From Felis catus (taxonomy: Eukaryota), in assembly GCF_018350175.1 (NCBI RefSeq), contig NC_058383.1:15998001-16062000 (forward strand): a stretch of 64,000 bases of DNA. Direction: 5' to 3'. Every line of letters starts with the position of its first letter. The first letter of the stretch is position 1. Below, piece by piece: positions 11,296 to 23,896 of this stretch. The notes below the pieces were generated by a model. The model saw nothing but the letters and a program-made list of their open reading frames with translations, was not told the DNA's origin and ran no database searches. The translations under genes and the position numbers were made by a program.

Positions 11296-12360
11296 GTCTA
11301 ATGGGTTGTTTCCATTAAAACAAAGTAAGAACATCTACATATACAACTTTGGAACTGGAACAAAACCTGGCTCAGTTGTACCGTTACATTACCAGTGTGA
11401 CCTCGATGGCATTTCTATCCTTCTCTTTGGAAAAGAAAGCCAAGGCCTACAGGGCTTTGTTCTCTTGTAAAGTCACTGAAAAGCTCTATCCTTGAACATT
11501 TAATATTTGAGTGCCCCTCAGATTGCCATGGGATGAAAACTGAGACCATCCCAAGAACCTCTAAAAGGTCATTCTATCTTAGTACACAGCACACAGGCGC
11601 TCTTCACCAGGTACTGAACGAGTCCACAGATGTGGCCTCTGCCTTCGTTCGTCAGGATGCTTCTCACCTGTCAGGTCCTTGACGTCTCCTCAAGGGAGCT
11701 TTGCGTGGCCCTTCTCAGCCCCACCGCTAATTACCCCCTGGCTCTGGCTCTGGCTTTGCACTCTGCCAGTCACCGCCGTTTACCCTCATTACGCTAACAC
11801 CTTGAGTCTTTCTTGTCGGAGTATAAAGCCTGCAGGGGCAGGGACACTCGCCTTTCTTGCTTGTCACTTCATCACCAGAGCCTCCATCCATACTAAGTGA
11901 TTATTTGTCGAATGGACGGATGTGCTAAGTAGCAGCTGCTCACCCAGACCAGATACAGAGGAATTCGAGTTGAGTTCAAGTGAGTCACACTATTTCTCAA
12001 ATCGTCAGCTGGCAGCTACTTAAAATGTGAGTTTTAAATTTATTACCTGAAGACTCATTTTTACTTCCAGTGTAGCTCAGCTTTCAGGCTGCACCGGTGA
12101 ATAGAGACGGAAGATAAAATATCAAACTCTGCTTAGAAATAAAGCAGTTCCTAATTAAGGTTCCTTAAACAATCCCGTTTCTTTACTCTGGGCTACGCCA
12201 CAGTCTGGCTGTATCTCCGCCCGCGCCCGAGTCCTGCAGTCACTGCAGCCCACCGTGGAGACGGGTATTTTGGTCACGTCACATGGATCTTTATTTTTAT
12301 CCACCATTTACAATTCTGCCAGTTCTGCCTCTTAACTTCACTCTTTGCCTTGAATTCCAG

Positions 12361-12496
12361 GACCCACCTCTGATGTTCAGCGAGGAATACCAGAAAGGTC
12401 TGCTGGAGCAGTATCATTTGGTTCTGGATCAAAAACGCAAAGAATACGTGGTCGGAGAGCTCATCTGGAACTTTGCCGATTTTATGACTAACCAGT
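12361..12496 (+). CDS. GUSB: beta-glucuronidase exon 11
   Basis: [17 protein letters not shown]...[20 protein letters not shown]. Confidence 0.96.
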
Positions 12497-14022
12497 GTAA
12501 GTGGCAGTTGGGTTTGCGGAGTGTACTGTTCCTCATTTTTTCAGGTTGGCCTTTTAGTTCAGGACATTTGTTTGTAAGAGCAGTGGAAACGAGGGGGAAA
12601 GCTCTAATCAGTGTAAGCTATGTGAGGATTTCCTAGTTTGGCAAGCAGCAATCACTTGCCTGCTTCCCAGATCATTTCATGGTAAAAAAGCAAACGGAGG
12701 ATGTATTATCTTGAGGCAAAAATGACCAACTTGCCTCTGTCTGTTTCACAACAGTGTGTGGAAAAAGTGGACCTAGCTTTGGATTCACGTGTGGGCTACA
12801 CTTATTGTTATTCCAGAGTACGGTACAAAGCCCGGGAAACTTAGTATGTTTTGGTGTGTTTTACATCGTTCACTTGTAGGAGGCAGGTTTACCAAATGCA
12901 AGTGTCAAAGTGTTTGGAATGTGGGAGGGTCTGAAAGTCTTCGGAGAGAAAACCGTCTGCATTCTTTCTCAAGTGGGGAGACGTGAGGGCCACTTCAGTG
13001 CCATTCATCGTGGATCCCATTTCTTTCTATACCTGTAGGTGTTACTGGTTTCTTGATATCCCATAAACTTAGCATAGCGATTTGGGGAGGTAAGGAAGGA
13101 TTTGCTAGTAGTGGGATTTACAACCTATTATTCACAGGGAAAGACAAGTCTTTGGAAGGCGAAAGTTTAATGAAAAATTAGAAAGGAAAGAGGAAGGTAG
13201 AGTAAAAGGAACAAGAACTCCAGCCTCTCTCTGGCAAGTGAGATCGACGGCTCCTGAAGTCTGGTTTCGTGAATGGATGCGCTGGCTCTGTGTAGTAAGA
13301 AATTAGCTGTGCGACTGTGGACAGATGATCTGACCCTGTCACAAGCCTGTAAGTGGGGATGAGCCCCCTGCAGGTCGATGTAGGAATTCATGTGATAAAG
13401 TGCTTGGCCCAGTGCCTGGCATTTGCTTCTCGTGGAAAGACCTTCCCGTTCAACGGAAGCTGTGGTTTCACCTGAGGTGGAGAGAAGGTGTGCTGGGAGC
13501 CTGTGGCCCGCTTCGCCTCCTTCCCAGCTTCAGCTGCTGCAGAGCAGCCGACCAGCCACTGGCAGTTGGAACCCAGCCGGAAGTCTGCCTGAGAGAGCTT
13601 TGAAATCTGGTAGATCCCACCGAGGCACCCTTGCCTGGTCAGGACCCCAGCTCCCACTAGGAGAGCCGTCTCTTTAGAAAAGCCCAGGCCTTTCTCAGGG
13701 TAACTCTGTCTCAGTCCCCACTCTCATTACCGGGCAGCTGGGTGCTCATGTTTCAAACCTTATTTTGCAGATAAAAGAAAAATAATTTTAGATTTTCCTC
13801 TAAGAGACAACAACAACAACAACAAAAATATACCAGGGAGCTGAGCTGTTTGGGGGAGCAGCAGGTTAAATCTTTAGCCTTACATTAAGTGGCCACTTCA
13901 GACCAAGCAATCCTAAGTTTTATAGAAAAGGACATTTCTGTTTCGTGCCCAGCTTGTCTCTAGGTTGGTTCCCGTTTGGCCCATCAGAAGTCATCTGAAA
14001 TACCTTTTTGCCTTGTTTTTAG

Positions 14023-14192
14023 CACCGCAGAGAGTAATGGGGAATAAAAAGGGGATCTTCACGCGCCAGAGACAACCAAAAGGGGCAGCGTTCCTTTTGC
14101 GAGAGAGATACTGGAAACTTGCCAATGAAACCAGGTATCCCTGGTCAGCTGTGAAGTCACAGTGTTTGGAAAACAGCCCATTTACTCTTTAA
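14023..14192 (+). CDS. GUSB: beta-glucuronidase exon 12 (coding part)
   Basis: TTTTTAG| (S)[19 protein letters not shown]...CLENSPFTL, then TAA at 14190-14192. Confidence 0.96.
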
Positions 14193-14347
14193 AGCAAGAA
14201 CTACCTCTGCTGACAAGAGCAGATAGCAGCCCCTCCTCCACAAGTAAGGGGCAACTTCCACAGCAGTCCTGGACTATGCATGGCCGACTGGGAAGTTTCT
14301 GGCCCGGATTTTGTACTAATTTACCAGAAGGGAATGTCAGAGGTGCA

Positions 14348-14376
14348 AATAAAAGCTTTCGTAGTGTGGGAATAAA
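14348..14376 (+). terminator. GUSB polyadenylation signals (two AATAAA)
   Basis: AATAAA at 14348-14353 and 14371-14376, ~160-180 nt after the stop, with GT-rich sequence nearby. Confidence 0.8.
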
Positions 14377-15111
14377 GAGTTGTCTTAAAAGTGACCGTCC
14401 ATAAATGCGATGATCTGTATTGCGGGAAAGCATCTGAAATTCTTATGTGTTAGGCTGTTTTCACAAACTTAGCTGTGTACGGACTCTTGCGAAACTTGCT
14501 TCCACACTCACACCACGGCCGGAGTTGCTGGGTGCAGATGGCACTTCCGTAGGACTAGCCTGGCAGCCCTCAGGCCCCAGGGCCTGTGCAGCGAACCAGG
14601 CGCGTGAGGAAAAGACGACTGCTTCTTCAGCTTCACAGATGAGCTCACGTCCCAGTGAATTTACAGAAAGCGATGTTACTGGAATAATCGACAAGGTCTG
14701 TGTACCAATTTCCACCAAGCTAAGCTGACAAATAAGCATTAGAAAGGTAAGAGATGAAGAATGTCTGGATCAGAAGGGAGCTCAGAGCTTACCAGTTCTT
14801 CCAGGACATTATTCCAACCCCAGCCACAGTCTAGTCTTGACAGAAATGGACAGAGGAGCATAAAGGCCCATTAGTGCCTTCATATCCGACTCCACTGAAT
14901 GTGACGGGACCCTCTTAAAGAGGTCAGGCCTACAGACAAGTAGTCTAGGGCTTTGTCCTTTTGGATGATGCCACCTGTCTTGCTCCTAGAGGATGGTCTT
15001 ATTCCCTATGGAATCACTCCTCCTCCTCCTCTTCCAGAGGCTCCGTTAAGGCAAGTAAGGTACATTATTCCAAGATGGCAGAATCGGTCCTGGTTTAAAG
15101 CTCAATGCTGT

Positions 15112-15489
15112 GGGGGCACCTGGGTGGCTCAGTCAGTCAAGTGTCTGACTTTGGCTCAGGTCATGATCTCACGGTTTGGGAGTTTGAACCCCGCATTGGG
15201 CTGTCTGCCGTCAGCACAGGGGCTGCTTCATTTCCTCTGTTCCCCACCTCTCTTTGTCCCTCTCCTGCTCTCTCTCTCTGAAATATAAATAAACATTTAA
15301 AAAAAGGGGCATCTGGGTGGCTCATGTCCAGTTGAGTGTCCGACTTCAGCTCAGGTCATGATCTCACAGTTCGTGGGTTTGAGCCCCGCGTTGGGCTCTG
15401 TGCTGTCAGCATGGTCTCCCTCTCTCTCTGACCCTCCCCCAGTCATGCTCTGTCTCTCTCAAAAATAAATAAACGTTAAAAAAATAAAT
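15112..15489 (+). mobile_element. Tandem pair of Can-SINEs (15112-15305, 15306-15489) between the two gene 3' ends
   Basis: Two head-to-tail SINEs inside one TSD, AAAGCTCAATG (15097-15107 / 15490-15500). Confidence 0.9.
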
Positions 15490-15815
15490 AAAGCTCAATG
15501 GTTTGGAAAAAGGCTCCCTTTGGTGTCCAGTCAAATGGAGGACCATGAACGAAAGCAGTTAATACAGAACTTGATTCACTTCACTTGTGGTTGATTCACA
15601 TGTCTCAACACATACCCATTTGTATCCTTTCTTTCCAAACTCCAGGAAAGACAGTGAAGATAACTGAACCTTCTTTTAGTGGCCATCTTTAGACGACTTT
15701 TAAGAAATGCAGGTGTTGTTGGTTCAGACATGAAGTTAGGGGTTCTGGGGGTTACATGTTTGTTTTGTTACCACTGAACTTAAGTTCCTTGAAGGAAATC
15801 AAGTTTTGCGTTCCA

Positions 15816-15821
15816 TTTAAT
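15816..15821 (-). terminator. VKORC1L1 distal polyA signal ATTAAA
   Basis: TTTAAT on +, with U-rich upstream context on the - strand. Confidence 0.45.
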
Positions 15822-16383
15822 GTCAAGGAATAACACAGAACTCTTTACTTAACAACATTAAAAAAAATTAAACACTTAAATGTTTTACAAGTTAGGAGTG
15901 GTAAGGTCCATTTCCTAAATCCTGAGGTTCTAGAGAACGCGTTTGTTGTATTCAATAAAATATGGCTGAACTATATTTTAAATGGATTCATCTTCCTTGC
16001 AGATGTTACCTTTTTAGGGGACTGAGTGGAGCATTCAGGGGGAGCTGAAGGAAAGCCGTGGGCAAGATCTGATCAGCACGTGCATGTGCTTATAGAACTC
16101 TAAGCACTAATTCCTTTCTCATGAATTCTTGACAGCCGTATATATCATGAGCCCACACGCATTCCAGTACTGGAATCTCTTAAGATTTCTGTCTGTGTCT
16201 TCTATAAATTACATCTAATTTAAGGGAAAAAGAATCAACTCAGGACACCTGTAGAAATGAAGTTACAGTATCAGCTTCAAGAATAGTTTGTAGGAAGACT
16301 GGACTCATTGCAGCTTTTTGTTTGAAATGTAATACTGCAGTGTAAGAAGGATGGCCGTACAGCTTCCACAGGTAACGTCTACA

Positions 16384-16389
16384 TTTATT
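16384..16389 (-). terminator. VKORC1L1 polyA signal AATAAA
   Basis: TTTATT on +, preceded in the mRNA sense by UGUA motifs and U-rich sequence. Confidence 0.6.
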
Positions 16390-19300
16390 TTATACCAAAA
16401 AAGTTATGTGCAACAAATAAACATTCTTACATATTTACATTTGTTTTTACCAGTTAGCAAAACTGTGTCCTAAATCTCTGGTAAAGAATATTTCTATCTA
16501 TATTAAAGGGGAAGTCTGCCCAGTGAACTCCACTTTAAATGAATGTTTACTCCAGAGCTGAAAGCACTAGTAATAAATATTTTCGATGGAACATACTATA
16601 CAGATCATACACCTAATACTTAGGCCATGCTTAATACAGTTTTATAACAAAACATTTCACCTTTTCTGGGCTAATTATTTGTAAAAAACAAACAAAAAAA
16701 CCAAGTAGCCTGGATTCCCACCCCTGCCCCTTTTGTTTGATTGAAGGGTAGTTCTCACAGATTAGGAATCATTAGTGCTGCCTAAAATGTCTGAATAGAA
16801 ATGTTCCACCAATGCTTGTATCTCGGGGGAAAACCCATGAGGGCAAAGGTTGCAGGTTAGGTATTCCTTCCCAATAGGTTGCCAATAATGATAGTGAATT
16901 TCTTGTTGGCATTTGTCCAATACAGATTTTCAAGACAAGGTCTGTCAGCATTCACTCACGTTAAGCAGTGGTTCTAATCTCAGTTACAAAGCAACTGCTG
17001 AAGATTACTTTGCACTTTTGCTGATAATCTTAAAGATATAAATGAAATACAAACAAAAGCCAACAATTTAGGTTTAATTAGGTTTAATTTCACTGTAGTC
17101 TTGGTCCTATATCCTACTTAGTAGGGTCCAAAGATCTCTTGTACCAAATGGCAGATCTCTGTATGAAACAGTCAATGCTTTCAACATCTTTAAAAGTAAT
17201 AGATTTAAAGAGAGGTGACATACACAAAGGAAAAGTAATTCCTGGCACACAGCTAGTTAAACCTGAGTTATTTCACCAGTTTACCTTCCTGGAAAGCACC
17301 TAGCTGAAATGCAAAACTGAATGAAATCCTCCAAATCACCTAGATTGCCTAGAATTTATCATTTAACCACAGCTTCTCTCATTTCTTCAAATGATATGAC
17401 TACACAGTAAATAAGAGGCTTCATTTGTTACATACAACTTATTCCCAAAACCAAGAAGCATGGAATAACTGCAAAAAACATAAATCCAATTCTCCCTCCC
17501 CCTCCCCCCCCCCCGCAGTTTGTTCTTCAATGTCGGTGGCTGGTAATGTCGCAGTGTTTTAAATATTCAGTCTCAAAAAGTCATAACAATCCTCAAATTT
17601 TATAGCATGGTGTTTTCTCCTTCTTGGAGTGGAAGAGAGGATGTAGAGGGGAGCCTAAATTCTTCCAGGGCAAAAATATCCCAGCACCCACTGGGGTCCT
17701 GTTACTTACTGACATACTGGCATTACCCTGCTGTTACTTCAGGCGGCACACCTTCATCACTCAGTGAGAAAACAGATTAATTCTACTGGGCTGATAGGAA
17801 TGTGGCAAAAAATTTTCGTACAACTGAAACAGTGGTGTTTCCCCCAAGGCTTAGGAAAGCAAAGGAAAATCTTGAAGGGTCTGGCTGAACGTTTTTACAT
17901 TTTATCACATGAGAGTTGACATTTGCAAGAACACAACATCAAGACAAGCTTTAACTATACTCTGCTGATTGATACCAAATATGAAAATCCATTTGAAATT
18001 GGGACATGAGGAACTTATTTAGCACAACCAGTGTTATATATACCACAGAAGTCTTCACTGTTAACCTTTTCCATTCTAGCCTAGAAGAAAGAAGCAGTAA
18101 ACTGCCTGGCAGACTGGGAAGCACTGCGATAAGGTGACCTCATTGTACAAGTTCTCCAACATTACGACTTGTTTCTCCACAAACACCAGACATCCGATCA
18201 ATGCTTTCTAGAGTTCTTTAACTAGAAACAAGAACAATACACACATAATAAAACAGGCATTGAAATATTCACATTCATGGGAAAACAGCCTTGAAATCTG
18301 AATTCAACTTTTACAAAACCTGTTAAAACCCTTTGGAAGTTCATTACAATTCAGATTTTATACCTGCCTTGGGCCAGAAAAATACATTGCATCAATTAGG
18401 ACAGTTAGTTGGAAACTGCTGAACAGTTGCTGACTCTACACAGTACGGTTTACAGAGCAGAGCCTGTCCCCTCCCTTCAAAAAGAAGGCTTATTAAAGAA
18501 AAGTCACCGGTCTATTTTTAACATAATGATTAATCTAACTGGAAGCAAAACATTGCTACTACTTCTCAATCTAAGGAACAAAATGATTGTACAGAACCTT
18601 TTTATAGACTGATGCAGGCTTTCTACTTCATGGTAAGAGGAAGGAAGGACACTTCTGCCCAAGTTCAACACACAAAATATTTGGTTTGAGATTTAAGACA
18701 GAAGGCACTTTTAACATTCTGATATAAGGTGTTAACCATAGAAACATACTGTCACACTTTCATTTGGGTTTATTCAAATCACTCTTAAAACCTATGCATT
18801 GCGTAGTTACTAGAAGGAGTAGTGACACCTTTAGTGTATTTTACCTTCAGATATTTCTACCCGTACTACTCCCGGTTATGCAAACTGAGCAGCGTGTCAG
18901 CCCTAAAATTTACAAATCTAGTATGGACTCTAAAACAACTAGACATCCAATTAGTGCAGAATTAAACAGGAAATACTACAGAGCTACCCAAGAGCAATCC
19001 TACTCTGGAGCAACTGGGCTTATACTGGTTATTTCAAGGTCCTAATACTGTTTGGTCGACTGGCACCGATGTTAAGGAAGAATATCTGCATGAAAATTCA
19101 ACTGCTGTAAGAGACTTTACCTAAAAATGCCATGTTAATATTTCCAGCTTTTCTCCAAAGAAATCTACCCATTTCCCCATTTTTAGTGTCCTGAAGGCCT
19201 TGGATGTGAAGGTCTGGTCACATGACTCATTTGGTAAGGTTATAATCAATCCAGTTTTATGACTAGACACAGGCTTGACTTGAATGTCCAAATTTAGTTT

Positions 19301-20030
19301 CTTCCTTTCTGAGGAAGGAGATGAAAGGGAACCAACTACCCTATTATTTTTGCTGTCAGTGCTGGACCCACAGCTGTCAGTACTTTTCACAAGATGCTCT
19401 GTATGGACTTACTATTTTCACTATTTCTTCGGTCAACATTGAGCTGACAATTCTTCATCGCTACACTTCAACTAAACTGTACAGTAAGTTCTGCAGGGAT
19501 GGATCCAATATTTCTACCTTTATTTACAAATATCACATAAATGGATTCTAGTTGAATCTACATGTTTAAATCCATCGGCTAAAAACATATTACATATTGT
19601 AAACATGGCAATATTTAATACAGTATCTATTCTAAAATATTTTCATGTCATGATCACATTTGTTATACCTGAAATTGAATTTATACACATTAGAGAATTA
19701 CTAGCAATGGTTGCTCACTTTACAATCAAGGGCAGGGGGCTAGGGCTACATTTTATTATTTCAGAAACATTTTCAAAGTAAAGTTAAAGCTTGTCTTTGA
19801 TTGGCTCGGCATATCTTTTTTTTTTTTTTGTATCCATATTTAAAATGAAAGATTGACACAAAATAGCTAGGGCCCCTTCTAATTTATAGGATTTTATAAA
19901 ATCAGTTTAAGATTCTCAGGGAAAGTGTCTGTTGTGAAGAATTAAAAAAAAAAAAAAAAAACAAAACGCTGCAAAATAAACTTAATGGAAAAGGGAACTT
20001 CAGGCCGTCAGTCCGGAGCTGGTCAGGCTG

Positions 20031-20257
20031 TCAGTCTTGCTTAGGCTGCAGCTGCCGTTTCCAGGCCTCATTCAAATAAACTAGTCGTTTGTAGTTGATG
20101 ATAAGAAGAATGAAGTTCAGCACATATGTGATGACACAGATGATGCAAAACTCCTTCAGCACAAAGTACAGAATGTAGGCCAGGTACAATGACCCCACCA
20201 CAGACACGATGGAGGACGTCATGAGGATTAAAGCTGCGACTGCACTTGCTGTCATGC
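20031..20257 (-). CDS. VKORC1L1: vitamin K epoxide reductase complex subunit 1-like 1, exon 3 (coding part)
   Basis: CTCTTGCAG| (G)[48 protein letters not shown]...[12 protein letters not shown]; redox CXXC motif (CIIC) at 20136-20147. Confidence 0.96.
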
Positions 20258-21280
20258 CTGCAAGAGAAAGAGACGTGTGGCTCCGTCAGTCCTTGACAAT
20301 GGCGAGAAAGTTTCTGAGTTAAAAGCTAGCACTCCATGATTTGCTGCAGCGTTGCAATACTGATTTTACTGCAAAATGCTATGGAATTTGAGAACAAAAG
20401 TTACTCATCTATTTTATTAAGATTATGCAGGGTGACTTTTGCACACAGAATACCAGTTTTATAGCTGCAGTGTTTTTGATTTGTCAGTATTCTAGGTGAA
20501 GTATCACTTCTATCATAAACTAGCTTTAGTTAAGTCATGCAAAGAAAATATGCAGTCTTGTAATCACATTATGCAATAAGCCAGTCTGTAAAATTGACAG
20601 TCTCACCCCCTCCTAATGGATAAAGGAATGTGAGGACCCCAACCTTCTCTCCCAAGCAGGACACGCTTCCCCTGGCCTTTGCACTGGAGGCTCCCCATGT
20701 GTGGGAAGTAAAATTTGCTTTCCATGTTTAGATCAAATTTATCAAAAATCCGAAATGGGAGATGATTATACCAATATGCTGCTGAAGAAAGGGAAAAAAA
20801 ATTGTAGTAAACATTTCAGAAAGGGCTCACCCTGGAAGATAACGGAAACCACGTTTGGCCAGTCGGCCACATGTGGGTCAAAGCAGATCAAGAAAAAAGG
20901 CAGTTATGTGCACTAAACCAGGGCTCTCTCGGTGCTGACACCCTCACGTGTATTGTTTTGTAATTTCCGACAGCTAACAGAAATGAGAATGTGTGTGCTT
21001 ATTCTCAAGGACAGAGGAGTTAGAGCATTTTACACTACCCTCCTACCCAACAACTAACGGACAAGGAAAACACAAAGAGGAAAAAATAATTGGTTGGTGG
21101 TAGGAGGTTTGCAGAAGTTAATTAAGGAGCTGAAATCCCCACCTCCTGTTGAATGAGAAGCTGCCTGGAGGCTATAGTCTCACCATAAAGGCCTGACTTG
21201 CCCACAGGACTGGTCAGTACTAAAGTATGACCTCTCATAAGACTCTTCAAGACTAAGATACTATTGGATTACTTACAGTG

Positions 21281-21450
21281 AGGGACTGGCCAACCTGGCC
21301 ACCTGCTTTTGTAAATAAAGACTGACTGGAACCCAGTCACACTCACTCATTTCGGTAACATCTGTGGTAGAGCTGAGTAGCTGCGACAGCCAGCAAAGCC
21401 TAGATGGTTTTCTGTCTGGCCCTTTACTTAAACAGTTTGCTAACGTCATC
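21281..21450. mobile_element. MER58A-like hAT-Charlie MITE
   Basis: TTTTGTAAATAAAG...AGAGCTGAGTAGCTGCGACAG...TCTGGCCCTTTAC. Confidence 0.7.
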
Positions 21451-21624
21451 GATGCTAAATGTCTAAAACTTCAAAAATTAATGCTGCCACATTAATTTTA
21501 AAAAGAAAGTGAGTTTCAGAATGATACGAGCTGTTATTTACTTCCTCCATGTCACTCTCTTCCTTGAGATAATAATCGTTTTTACCTCCTAATACTGATG
21601 TGTGGATTAAAAGAGCTGATAGGT

Positions 21625-21737
21625 GGGGCGCCTGGCTGGCAGACAGTACAACTCTTGATCTCAGGGTTGTGAGTTCAAGCCCCATGTTGAGCTTAGAGCT
21701 TAGTTAAAAAAAAAAAAAAAAAAAAAAAAAGATAAAT
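21625..21737 (+). mobile_element. short Can-SINE (tRNA head + A tail)
   Basis: TSD AAAAGAGCTGATAGGT / AAAGGAGCTAATAGGT. Confidence 0.85.
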
Positions 21738-21889
21738 AAAGGAGCTAATAGGTACAAAGCACTTCGAATGCTCCATAAATACTGGCTGTTGGTTAAGTAC
21801 TATTGTACCAAACCTGTCCTAATGTAACATAATGTAGGCTGGTGGCTTGGGATACAATTCCCAGTGGAATTTACAATGTGCTGTAACTC

Positions 21890-22270
21890 TAAATAAATGA
21901 CAGTACTATCAAACAATGGAATATTTTGCAGCTGTAAGGAAGGATGAAAACACTTAGTGGACGGCTATGGATATCAATGTATTAGTCAAGCAAAAAAGAA
22001 AGCAGAGTATATAGAATAGTATGTATAGCATCTGCCTTTTATATTTTAAAAGCAGGAAGATTAAGATGATATATTTGTATTTTCTTGGATATGCCTTGTG
22101 AAACTCTACAGCAACAACAAGCAGATACCAGTTGGGCATGAAAGGCAGTAGGAAGTGGGCAGAGGGGGACGAGGGGTGAGGTAGGCGTTTCGCTGGACAG
22201 CATTTTAATTTTTTTTTTTACTTTTGAACTCATGAATGTATTACCTATGGAAAAATTAAAAATGCTGTCT
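21890..22270 (+). mobile_element. old L1 (L1ME-like) 3' fragment
   Basis: ACAATGGAATATTTTGCAGCTGTAAG and related L1 3' motifs. Confidence 0.5.
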
Positions 22271-23896
22271 CTCAAACACCTTAGAAGGGAGTGAAGATGA
22301 TGTGCTCTGGAAAACTGTTAAATGAGCTCACATATATATGCCTTCAATGTGCCTCCAGACATTAAAAATGCATGTGAATGCACAAAATTGTGAACAGAAA
22401 AGATACAAAGGATACATATGATTTAAAAATATATATATAAGGAAAGTCACAAATCAAATATTATAAATAGAAATTTGTTCCATCTCTGTCTCCAAAAATT
22501 AACATAGTCAAAAGCATGTTTTGGGCTATTTTAATTTTGGCTTATATGTTTGGATTTATAGATTCTTCTTTAGAAATCCGAACAGAAAAAATAAATGGAA
22601 TAAAAAATAAAAATCTCACTCCTGGCCTCCAACCACCAGACCCTTTCCTATGCAGTCACATGCATATATGTAACATAAACTTGTATCTATTATACTATAA
22701 TTTACTTTTTTCACTAACCTATGTCTTGATCCTTCCAGAATATACATGTAGACCTACTTTTTCCTTAAATGGCTACATAGTATTTTCTAGTATGGAGGTA
22801 ACCTAATTTATTCAGCCATTACGTTTGAACGCTTCCAATTTTTTTGCTATTTTAAACTGTACTGCTGTGCATATCCTTGTGTATTTTTTTGTATTTCTAT
22901 AGGATATAGAACAGGGCAAACTTGATAAGGAATATTTAGAAAACTTAGATTCACAATTTGCCTCATAACAAATCAACTTCAGCTAGACAGAAGAGCAGAA
23001 AAGAGCTGGCAGATAATAGGGCAGAATATTAACAATTGAAGCCCAAAGATAAAAATGGATAGATTTAACTCTAAAAACATAAAAAATTTTCGTATGATCA
23101 AAATTCACCAAACTAACATAAAAAAGGAAAAAGAATGGGTAAAATGTTTCTAACAAATATGGAAATGGACTATTATCAGGATCCCATCAACAAAAGTGAC
23201 AATGTAAGGAAATTAAAATGTAATAATGGCTATACTTTGTAACTACTGAATTAGAAATTTAAACATTAAAAAAAATCTATGTGTTTTGACTCATCCATCT
23301 CATGTTTGGAAATTTATTTTGCAGAACTAATTCAAGGAGGGAGGTGTGTGTGAAGGGGTCTTTAAACGATGTTGATTACCACAGTGTTAATGAGCATAAA
23401 AAAATTGAAACCTTGTTATCAACAACAACAAAAAACTGAAAAGGAGAAACAAAATAAGGATTCACATAAAATTAAGTAAAAAGAACAGAAAGCAATGGGA
23501 ATAGTGGAGGTGTAAAGGTGATGAAATTATGCACATGGTTCACTGTTAGTGTTTTCTCAGTGTGTAATAGTTTTAAGTAACCACACAGTATATAAAGTAA
23601 TAAGAAAAAAAGTTTCCAGGGAAGACTGGAGTAATAAGTTCTCTGATTGGGACTGTTTTTTCTGGACACTACGGGATGTTGCCATCCTTGATTAAACACC
23701 AACAGATACCAAGTTCAGCATTAGCATCATCAAAATCTTAGGGAGCCAAATTTTCACAACAGAAAAATGTACTGCAAACTAGTGGTTCTATCATTAACAT
23801 GCTTTTATTTAATATAAAGACATTTCAGGGAAAAGACACAAAGTACTAAACGGAATACAACAAAACAAACTTATTTTTGTATTGCTGTATACTTAC

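Larger units (their letters stand above)
15795..20030 (-). other. VKORC1L1: VKORC1L1 long 3' UTR (distal end approximate)
   Basis: SINE-free AT-rich sequence after the stop codon, with minus-strand polyA signals. Confidence 0.6.

Noticed and set aside
14447..14739. Antiparallel 93-aa and 92-aa ORFs and a CTCF-like GGTGCAGATGGCAC downstream of GUSB
   Set aside because: The + ORF starts at a non-ATG codon, no homology is recognised, and the CTCF-like motif lacks the conserved 5' CC.
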